Source: Patescibacteria group bacterium
Lineage (GTDB): Bacteria > Patescibacteriota > JAQUNI01
Length of the DNA stretch: 52,305 nt
Assembly (NCBI GenBank): GCA_028717685.1
Contig: JAQUNI010000001.1
Coordinates: 1-52,305 of the forward strand
Reading direction: 5' to 3'
Both the position numbers and the translations under genes were made by a program. Positions 45,020-52,147 of the stretch are shown piece by piece. Every line of letters starts with the position of its first letter. The stretch's first letter is position 1. The notes beneath the pieces are model-generated. The model was not told the DNA's origin, made no database searches, and saw only the letters and a program-made list of their open reading frames with translations.

Positions 45020-45350
45020 GGCAGTATAATGTAGTTGCGCAATACATATATCATTGGCTGTTTTTTTAATTCTTTTTAATTCTTTGTCGGTTTTAAAGAA
45101 TATATTGTGGGGACGATTAGTAAGAGCAACGATTTTCTTTTTCCAGAACTTTTCATAACTGGGGAATTCACTTGGCAGAAATAAAAACCAACATTTTTGT
45201 TCTGTATCGTCACCATCATCTTTTAAATGGTAGATTTTTTTTATTTTTAGTATTGTAGCTTTAGATTTACTTCTATTTTACCTCTTTCATTTTTATGGAG
45301 CAAATAAAAAAGGACAGTGTTTATCTGTCCTATTAGAGACTTGTTTTTCC

Positions 45351-46202
45351 CTAATTAATAATGAACTCTGTTTCGAGTTCATTATTCTGCGGCACATATT
45401 GCCGCCATATCCTCCCATTATTGAACCATAGCGGATCTATAACAAGACCCGTCGTTCCTGGTTTTAGTCCCTGATATCCCACTGCAAAGAATGTAGACGT
45501 AGGTAAAGATCTGCCGTATGTCCAACCCATGCATAAAAGAAATCCAGGGCCTGCTGGAAGTGTCCATAGATAAACGTCCTCTACCTTACAATTGATTGAA
45601 ACAATATTAATTGCTTCAGGATCATATCGTATCACGAAACAGAAACCATTTATTCCATTTAGTCCGTAAAATGAGAGAATACTATACTCATTCATATTGC
45701 CTGTCCACTTGGCAGAGAGCTTAATCGTTGGAACAACTCTAAGTGTTCCTTCTATCCCATAGACCGCCGGACCTGTGTAGAGGTATGATTTATATCCGCC
45801 ATCAGAGAAATATATATCTCTAATACAAATATAGTTCATTCCTTCTACCAGTCCTTGGAAGTTCATGGTCAGCCTGAACTCGTTCGGAAGATTCCCGTTT
45901 TCCGCCCAACCGGTGAAGAAGTAGGCGTTATCTTCATTGGGGTGTTGGAAGTAGTTTATTGTGACTCCTTCTGATGAATACACGCTATTCAAGGCCAAGT
46001 TCGGGGGAAAGGTCATGTAGAATCTAAAAATAGTTGCTTTTAATCCTCCAATACCGGAGAAATTCATGTATTTGTCTACATTGTTACCAACCGCTACTTC
46101 GTAGTTGTGGTCGTTAATGTTTACATAAACTTCCGCCAGAGATGAGGTTGCAAGGGTTAAAACCATTAATCCAGCCAACGCGAACAAAGACATCTTTTTC
46201 AT
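45351..46202 (-). CDS. Secreted hypothetical protein (283 aa)
   Basis: It has a signal peptide (MKKMSLFALAGLMVLTLATSSLA), a beta-rich composition and an AAGGAG RBS. Confidence 0.65.
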   Translation of the reverse strand: MKKMSLFALAGLMVLTLATSSLAEVYVNINDHNYEVAVGNNVDKYMNFSGIGGLKATIFRFYMTFPPNLALNSVYSSEGVTINYFQHPNEDNAYFFTGWAENGNLPNEFRLTMNFQGLVEGMNYICIRDIYFSDGGYKSYLYTGPAVYGIEGTLRVVPTIKLSAKWTGNMNEYSILSFYGLNGINGFCFVIRYDPEAINIVSINCKVEDVYLWTLPAGPGFLLCMGWTYGRSLPTSTFFAVGYQGLKPGTTGLVIDPLWFNNGRIWRQYVPQNNELETEFIIN

Positions 46203-46499
46203 TGCATACTCCTTAATGTGTGAATGTGTGGGTTGTAGAAAGAATAGAGAACAGGGTAACTTTTGATTATTTTGACCGCTTAGTTTGTGTGTAACATTAT
46301 CGCTTAAAAGAGCGCTTTGTACTTAAACTCGAAGTTTAGGCACAAATTAGCTATTTCAAGTGAACGAGGAATTTGAAAAGGGCAAGAATGAGCGGAATAT
46401 CGAAAAATATGGAAGAAATTGAAAAGAGATAGTTTTGTTTATAGATTTTGCACTATATCATACTTATTACAATCTGTCAATATTTTGAGACTATTTTAG

Positions 46500-46565
46500 C
46501 TAAAATAAGGCAAAAAAATGCCATTCAACTGGCACATTTTTAATTTTGTGATTGTAGTATGGCAT
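46500..46565 (-). pseudogene. 5' remnant of a GIY-YIG gene (21 codons)
   Basis: The ATG and its upstream bases (CAT-TTTTATGTACT on the plus strand) match the start region of GIY-YIG gene 36901..37152 (CAT-TTTTATTTACT). The following ~60 nt up to R4 match the spacer before R1. The ORF reads MPYYNH.. and then stops. Confidence 0.5.
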
Positions 46566-46648
46566 TTTTATGTACTTTATAATTTCGGCACTTCGTTCTC
46601 CTTCGTCGCTCCGCTCCTCGGAGTTCCTCAGTGTCTCGTTTCACTCGA

Positions 46649-46751
46649 GCTGGGCATAAGGTACGATCTTCGAACCTTTTTCACTCTAAATACTTGGGAA
46701 AACGAGTTTGTGAAGAGAAAAAAGGTTAGGGTTAGGAAGGTTTATGCGTAA
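46649..46751 (+). repeat. R-repeat copy R4
   Basis: GCTGGGCATAAGGTACGATCTTCGAACCTTTTTCACTCTAAATACTTGGGAAAACGAGTTT...GTTTATGCGTAA. Confidence 0.9.
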
Positions 46752-46861
46752 TATAGAATATGCCAGCCAGAGACGAACAGCGCCATTATAAAAGGTTGGT
46801 GAATATTACTCAATTTTTTTCTTCATCTATTTGTCAAATAGTTTTAACTTTTAGCTCTAAT

Positions 46862-47083
46862 TTATTGATTCTTTTTTCGTTGAGCTTCAAGACGATCTAA
46901 GAAACGGCGATTTTGAGAAAATTGTATTTTCTTTTGTTGGATTAAATCATCTAGCTTTTTCAACATTTTATCTAGGACATTCATTACGAGATTGATGTTT
47001 TTTTTGATAGCAAACTTTTCCAAATTATATTTGGGAGCAAAATTCAGTGTATTCTCTTTACGTTGTTTGGTTGCATAATTCAT
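46862..47083 (-). CDS. Small basic coiled-coil protein (73 aa)
   Basis: The first 10 codons (MNYATKQRKE) are 29/30 nt identical to 44408-44437. The last ~15 codons are homologous to 43904-43990. Confidence 0.5.
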   Translation of the reverse strand: MNYATKQRKENTLNFAPKYNLEKFAIKKNINLVMNVLDKMLKKLDDLIQQKKIQFSQNRRFLDRLEAQRKKNQ

Positions 47084-47135
47084 ATTATTGATATATCAAT
47101 CTCATTTAGGTGATATATTCTCTAACCATTAGCGC

Positions 47136-47258
47136 TTGAAGCCGTGTGACTTGGAGAGTGGTGATGACTTGAGCGATAGTGGATTCAAGCCACGTGCTTC
47201 TAGCCATTACGGCTCGAAGCGTGATGATTCGAAGCATTACGGCTCTATGCACCATGAT
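47136..47258 (+). repeat. Tandem array T1: 8 degenerate units with 15-nt period (one 18-nt unit), consensus TCGAAGC + 8 nt
   Basis: The units are ttgaagccgtgtgac / ttggagagtggtgatgac / ttgagcgatagtgga / ttcaagccacgtgct / tctagccattacggc / tcgaagcgtgatgat / tcgaagcattacggc / tctatgcaccatgat. Confidence 0.8.
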
Positions 47259-47499
47259 TATTTATATCTGACGATTCTGTTTTCAGCGAAAAATAATGTT
47301 GTTTTTCACTTTTTAATTCCATTGCAATAACATCGGAATAGCCTTTGTTTTTAAAATATTTAGTTTCTTGAACAAAATTTTCAAAAGCGGATTTTGCATC
47401 ATCTCCACTATTAACTCCTAAAACTTGCATATTTTCAACATCCTCTTCACTTGGGGTTTTAGTTTCACCCTCATGGGTGAGGAAAATAAAATGTTTCAT
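47245..47499 (-). CDS. Hypothetical protein (84 aa)
   Basis: Trimmed to ATG MKHFIFLTHEG. The 3' end overlaps array T1. Confidence 0.45.
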   Translation of the reverse strand: MKHFIFLTHEGETKTPSEEDVENMQVLGVNSGDDAKSAFENFVQETKYFKNKGYSDVIAMELKSEKQHYFSLKTESSDINNHGA

Positions 47500-47598
47500 T
47501 GTTTTATTGTTAGAAAATCTGTCACATCTTCTTCTATGAAGTCTTATCACCGCACGTAACGACGGAATCGAATAATATGGTATCGCTGAATTCTAGAA

Positions 47599-48240
47599 TT
47601 ACAGGGGATAAATTACTTCATAGGGAGATTCACGTTTATAATCCTTCCATAAAGACCGTACATCCTGTTTAAAGACTTCCATAAGGAAATCTTCTATTCG
47701 CTCACCATTATAAATCCAGTCATTAAGATTTGGGATAAAATTTTTTTCTGGGCTTTTCCTCTCCAACCAGATGATGAATGCTGCGGCACAATAGTATATA
47801 TCAGTTTCGTAGCATTTTCCTTGCGGACACTCAATCTTCCAACCTAGATCGTCTTTGCCAAATCTATATCTGCAATATTGCGCCATACCTTCTATAATCC
47901 ATTTTTGAGTATCATCACCATACTTGTTCTTCTCAGGATAATTTTGAACGATGTGACCGACCTCGTGAACCAAGCACCCCATGTCCTCTAAAGAGTTATC
48001 AATACCATATTCAATCTCTGTTTTTTGGTTGTTTACGCCTAAGCCACTTCCTTTACGGAAGGATATCTTAATCTTATCATGCGGCACTTTTTTCTTAAGG
48101 AAATCAAATACCCCTTGGTAGTGCTTATCAAAATATTCCACCAACCTTTGGGCCCTTTTGTGGCAACTCGGAAACATCGAATAATCGAATACACAATGAT
48201 GGCCATATATAATGTATTTGTTGCTATTTTCTGTTCTCAT
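47599..48240 (-). CDS. HExxH zinc metallopeptidase (resembles basic-secretory-protein-like peptidases)
   Basis: 213 aa from the ATG after GGGAGGA, with HEVGHIVQ followed by WIIEGMAQYCRYRFG (HExxH + E, gluzincin-type spacing). Confidence 0.65.
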   Translation of the reverse strand: MRTENSNKYIIYGHHCVFDYSMFPSCHKRAQRLVEYFDKHYQGVFDFLKKKVPHDKIKISFRKGSGLGVNNQKTEIEYGIDNSLEDMGCLVHEVGHIVQNYPEKNKYGDDTQKWIIEGMAQYCRYRFGKDDLGWKIECPQGKCYETDIYYCAAAFIIWLERKSPEKNFIPNLNDWIYNGERIEDFLMEVFKQDVRSLWKDYKRESPYEVIYPL

Positions 48241-48477
48241 GAGATCCTCCCGCATATTAGTCAAAATTTAGACATTCAAATGAATCTACTGCTACCATAA
48301 ACCTACTGTAAAGGTTAAGAAACTTTGTAGCTTTATTGAACGTCATCTAATCAGAGAGCTCTCCGCCAAATCTCTTTTTATAAAACTCCTTAAACTCATT
48401 TATATCCTTCTCGGATAACACTTTGTTTTAATTGATTTTGTATTTTATCTATAATGTCAAAATGCTAAAGATATGAA

Positions 48478-49023
48478 TTAAGAATTTTTATCCTCAATTG
48501 GTCTACCGAAATAGTTACTTAATGCCCATCCCAAGTGGTGACGCCCCCAATCAGTCATAGTAATAATTTTATTGCTCTTATATTTTTCTAAAAAAGTTTT
48601 TGGAATATAATGAATAGTTAAAAAATCTACCAAGGAATCTCCTATAATTCCTTCTAATTCTGGTAAATAGAACCAGTAGTTAATTTTGCGTTTTTTTATC
48701 AGTCCTGCTTTACCATCTGTAAGTATACCGTTATCTTCAAATAGTTTAATCGGATAAACCGGGGCAATAATTATATTTTCTTTATCCTGAACATCGCAGG
48801 TTTGAGATAATATAATTATATTATTCAGCTTTGCGTTTATCGCTAAAAGCGCCTCGCCATTATTAAATGATTTCTCCCCAATCTTTATTGCTTCGTATGT
48901 GTTGGTCTTTTTTAGGTTCTTTAAACTTCGCAATTCATCTTCAAAAATAAAAAAGGGGGCGTTTTTGATGACATCCCCTTGATATAAAATATCAAAACTC
49001 AAATCTTCCGATTTCACATACAT
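48478..49023 (-). CDS. Hypothetical protein (181 aa), third gene of the protease operon
   Basis: It begins 12 nt after the preceding gene and has a conserved-looking ILSQTCDV motif. I cannot assign a family. Confidence 0.6.
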   Translation of the reverse strand: MYVKSEDLSFDILYQGDVIKNAPFFIFEDELRSLKNLKKTNTYEAIKIGEKSFNNGEALLAINAKLNNIIILSQTCDVQDKENIIIAPVYPIKLFEDNGILTDGKAGLIKKRKINYWFYLPELEGIIGDSLVDFLTIHYIPKTFLEKYKSNKIITMTDWGRHHLGWALSNYFGRPIEDKNS

Positions 49024-49035
49024 AAAATCTAAACA

Positions 49036-49242
49036 TTAAAAGCTTTTGGTTTCAAAAACCTTTTTATAAAACTTTATTCTGTCTTCTTTAGAAATCGTTT
49101 CTTCTGGGGATAAATCATCAAAGATGATGGGGTTTGAATTAAATTTATAGTCTTTCTTACTGTCGTTAACATCGGAATTAGAACTCTCGTGGAGAGTAAT
49201 GTCTTCAGCACCTGTTTGTGAAAAATATTTATATTGGGTCAT
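49036..49242 (-). CDS. Small acidic protein (68 aa), second gene of the protease operon
   Basis: It begins 10 nt after the protease stop and has a D/E/S-rich, probably disordered composition. Confidence 0.5.
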   Translation of the reverse strand: MTQYKYFSQTGAEDITLHESSNSDVNDSKKDYKFNSNPIIFDDLSPEETISKEDRIKFYKKVFETKSF

Positions 49243-49252
49243 ATATTTTATA

Positions 49253-50269
49253 CTATTTTTCTAACAACCATTGGTTGTTGATATTATTAACAATAAATTG
49301 TTGTCTCCCCGACGGATCGGGGGTTTTCAAAATTTGATAAGTTGATTTGAAATTATATTTTATTTTATTACTGCGAACAATTGCTCTTACCAGATTCATA
49401 GTCTTTTCCTGTGCTTCTCCTAATATCTGCGATGGATTAAATTCCTTCTTTGTTTCTAAGAATTCGTTACACTCATCGAATAAATCATCAACTAATTCCT
49501 TTGTTTTTGGTTTTGCGAATTCTATTATATTACCAAACCCAATTAAATCCCTTGCTTCTCTTCGGTTAATTAAATGCCTATGGGAATATAGCTTTTGAGT
49601 TAAATTCTCAATTATTTCTTTGCTTTGCTTGTCAGTAAGCCTCTGTTTATGCAAATCTAATAGATTTTTCGTTAATCTTCTAACCAACGCATGAGTGCGG
49701 TTAACGGACCCAAGCAATGTAGGGTTAATTTCTTTTGCTAATTCCTTCATAACCTCAGCTAAAGACGACTGTTCTGCAATTCCTATTTTTTCTCTTGCGA
49801 GATCAATAAACCCAATAATATCTTCTATTTCAAATCTTTTTATCTGCTTTTTATCATTGTCAACAATATCAGCTGCTGGGTCTACTGGGCCTAATTGTGA
49901 ATAAGGAAGCATTACAATCTTATCTGCCCCTAAAGCAATCATTGTGCCTGCGCTTAGTGCCTTCTCTGGCACAATAACCTCGAAAGCACCACAATATTCT
50001 CTTATTAAATTTACAAGTGGCCAAGGAGTTTCTAAGTGACCGCCATTAGTATTAAGAACTAATGATATTTTATTTGTATTCTGACCAAAACTTTCAACAA
50101 TTTCTTTAAAAAATGGTAAGACGTCTGACGCTATTTGAGTAGCGAATTGCTGAGGAGGGTTCTTCTCCCCCGTAAAATAAACAATGACTCGAGATTTTCT
50201 TTCGCCCTCAAGCTGTTCAATTAGAGTCTTTTTTATTGCTTTTCTCTTAGTATTAGATTTATTAGGCAT
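49253..50269 (-). CDS. Clp-fold serine protease of the SDH (serine dehydrogenase proteinase)/SppA-like family
   Basis: 338 aa from an ATG. The block VIVYFTGE...ISLVLNTNGGHLETPWPLVNLIREY...VIVPEKALSAGTMIALGADKIVMLPYSQLGPVDP matches the ClpP/SppA-type nucleophile-Ser context, and a helical C-terminal half follows. Confidence 0.75.
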   Translation of the reverse strand: MPNKSNTKRKAIKKTLIEQLEGERKSRVIVYFTGEKNPPQQFATQIASDVLPFFKEIVESFGQNTNKISLVLNTNGGHLETPWPLVNLIREYCGAFEVIVPEKALSAGTMIALGADKIVMLPYSQLGPVDPAADIVDNDKKQIKRFEIEDIIGFIDLAREKIGIAEQSSLAEVMKELAKEINPTLLGSVNRTHALVRRLTKNLLDLHKQRLTDKQSKEIIENLTQKLYSHRHLINRREARDLIGFGNIIEFAKPKTKELVDDLFDECNEFLETKKEFNPSQILGEAQEKTMNLVRAIVRSNKIKYNFKSTYQILKTPDPSGRQQFIVNNINNQWLLEK

Positions 50270-50597
50270 ATGAGTATATTCACTATAACCCAAAATAATA
50301 TTTTTTACTAGCCTTTACTACCTTGAATGTCTTACTGACGAAACTATTAACATATTAAAAAGAAGAAAAATTTAAAACTACTGAACGTAGGTTGAGTAAA
50401 AAAAGTATGAGTTACCATGAGTAGTTATGAGATAAATTAATTATATTTTAACTTTTTTGTTTTTGTAGGGTAATAAAATCCTATTTCGTACTCGAATTTA
50501 CCTTCGAACCGAATATTTTAGCTAATTTAAGCTCATTTTAGGAAAACCGTACGGACTGGGGTATAAAGGGTAAAAAATCTTCGAACCATAATTTTCT

Positions 50598-50622
50598 CTA
50601 AAAAATCGCCTTTTCAGGCGAT
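50598..50622 (-). terminator. Intrinsic terminator just past R5 (gene orientation)
   Basis: On the minus strand, ATCGCC-tgaaaa-GGCGAT is followed by TTTTTT. Confidence 0.65.
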
Positions 50623-50633
50623 AGTACGAACTG

Positions 50634-50736
50634 GCTGGGCATAAGGTACGATCTTCGAACCTTTTTTATGCTTAATGAGTGGAAAAATGAGTTTGTAGAA
50701 GGGAAAAAGGTTAGAGTTCGGAAGGTTTATGCGTAA
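50634..50736 (+). repeat. R-repeat copy R5
   Basis: GCTGGGCATAAGGTACGATCTTCGAACCTTTTTTATGCTTAATGAGTGGAAAAATGAGTTT...GTTTATGCGTAA. Degenerate core-like fragments lie at about 50486-50510 and 50552-50587. Confidence 0.9.
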
Positions 50737-50849
50737 ATCAAAGCTTACGTGAAGTATGCCCGCCAAAGATGATAACCGTCATTATTTTATGCTTTGGTGG
50801 ATTTTATTCAATTTTTTATTTTTACGATAGTGCTCCTAACCATCAACGC

Positions 50850-50923
50850 TCGAAGCCATACGGCTTGGAGAATGGTGGCTCTAAAAATAGTGCTTCGAAG
50901 TATTACGGTTGGATATTCTCTAC
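50850..50923 (+). repeat. Tandem array T2: 5 units of 15 nt, homologous to T1
   Basis: The units are tcgaagccatacggc / ttggagaatggtggc / tctaaaaatagtgct / tcgaagtattacggt / tggatattctctact. The array is flanked by CTAACCAT at 50836 and 50927. Confidence 0.8.
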
Positions 50924-50934
50924 TCTAACCATTA

Positions 50935-51579
50935 TTAAATGCGAGCATTTTTATCGCCTAGACATACTTGATGGTTCATGTTCCAGAACAAATCTTTTGC
51001 GTCTTCAAGATCATTTGAATCTTTAGAATGAGTTAGTAAAGACACGATTTCGGTTTTAAATGCTTTTTTTGAATTTTCCGATGCCTCTTTTGTAGTATGC
51101 CCTTTAATTAATGAGATTGCTACTTTATTGGATGGATCCAAAAATCTTTCCGCGCGTTTATCTTTTAATGGATGATTGAGAAAATTGCGATCTATGTTTA
51201 GAATAAAGGAATCTTTATAGCCGATAAACGAAGCTTTGTTGTGAGCGCAAACTTTTTTTCCTAATACTTTTGCGGAGGAGCAAGAAACAGCATAGGTAAT
51301 CCGATTTTGAAGCAGGACCTCATTTTCCCCTACTTCTACCAAAACTTCATTATCATGACCACAGATGGAAAAGTTGTCGCCGTGTCCGTTTAATAATACT
51401 AAAGAAGGATCAGTTTTTTTGATCCTTCCGGTGAAATCTTTTTGGTTAGCCTTTTTTTAATATAAATCAATGACATCAATCCCTTTCTTTTTGGCGTTTT
51501 CAATAACTTTCGTATTCCAGTGGGATAAATGCCTGGTCAAGGGATCATGTTCTGGGCGCGTGATGAGAATTTTAGCCAT
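50935..51579 (-). pseudogene. Caspase-like (His-Gly ... Cys) protein ORF with an in-frame TAA at codon 41
   Basis: ATG at 51579, 40 codons, TAA at 51457-51459 next to an A7 run, then 173 more in-frame codons. The merged protein has LVLLNGHGD and, 34 aa later, ITYAVSCSSA, the strand-HG / strand-C layout of clan CD peptidases. Confidence 0.45.
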
Positions 51580-51582
51580 TTA

Positions 51583-51843
51583 TTATTGTTGATTAGAAAG
51601 TTCATGAACAATGCCTTTTTTGAGGGCTTTAAGCCATTCCATTTCTACTTTTTCAATGGTTTTGCCAATGTTATCTCCTTTTTGGACGTGCGCGATTAAC
51701 TGATCTCGACTGTAATAACCAGCATTTCCGATACATTTAATTGTATCTGGGGAAATAGTTTTTAGACGGGCAACCACAAGTTTCCTGATTTCCTCATCAG
51801 TGGAAATACTATTATTGGTCTTTTTTTGACTTTTTTTATTCAT
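51583..51843 (-). CDS. Hypothetical protein (86 aa)
   Basis: It is tightly coupled to its neighbours, starting 1 nt after the upstream stop and ending 3 nt before the downstream ATG. Confidence 0.5.
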   Translation of the reverse strand: MNKKSQKKTNNSISTDEEIRKLVVARLKTISPDTIKCIGNAGYYSRDQLIAHVQKGDNIGKTIEKVEMEWLKALKKGIVHELSNQQ

Positions 51844-51844
51844 G

Positions 51845-52033
51845 TTAAATTAATTCAAGTTTTTCTAATTTAGCTAAAATTGTTTTACCGGCTGGAGTAT
51901 CATTATCAATTTCGAAAAAAGCGACATCCCAAGTAATGGGTCTGTTATCGAGGGTTAAAATAATCTCGTTTCGGAGATTGAGGGGTAGATTGGCATAAAC
52001 TTTGAGAAATTTTTCTTTGGAAGTTAAGGGCAT
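51845..52033 (-). CDS. Hypothetical protein (62 aa from the ATG; 85 aa if the TTG at 52102 is used)
   Basis: First gene of a three-gene string. The start is uncertain. Confidence 0.45.
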   Translation of the reverse strand: MPLTSKEKFLKVYANLPLNLRNEIILTLDNRPITWDVAFFEIDNDTPAGKTILAKLEKLELI

Positions 52034-52147
52034 GATTTTTGGGTAATATATTTTGGTAGCATGGCTTGAGTTTAATATAGCATTTTTGGAATAAATTGCC
52101 AAACAAATATATCTGATGTTATTTCGTGTTGGGGTAGGGGAAACAAA

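Noticed and set aside
47136-47258. T1/T2 tandem arrays as CRISPR arrays
   Set aside because: The units are only 15 nt and directly abut each other with no spacers. There are no cas genes and no 25-40-nt repeat. The plus-strand ORFs through them (47136..47330, 50769..51026) are by-products of the 5-codon period.
48340-48425. Short minus-strand frame VLSEKDINEFKEFYKKRFGGELSD-stop between the protease operon and the metallopeptidase
   Set aside because: It is only ~24 codons with no start codon or RBS. It may be a gene fragment, but that cannot be supported from the sequence alone.
40613-50736. R core as a tRNA fragment (the reverse complement contains GGTTCGAAG, similar to a T-loop GGTTCGAAT)
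   Set aside because: No acceptor, D or anticodon arms can be built around it. The similarity is limited to 8-9 nt.
43991-51459. Stop-codon reassignment (TAA read as Gln, or TGA recoding as in some CPR lineages)
   Set aside because: TGA terminates well-supported genes at conserved-looking C-termini (recombinase, lexA). TAA terminates many genes here, including the R-tail frame. Two in-frame TAAs in an accessory array are better explained by nonsense mutations.
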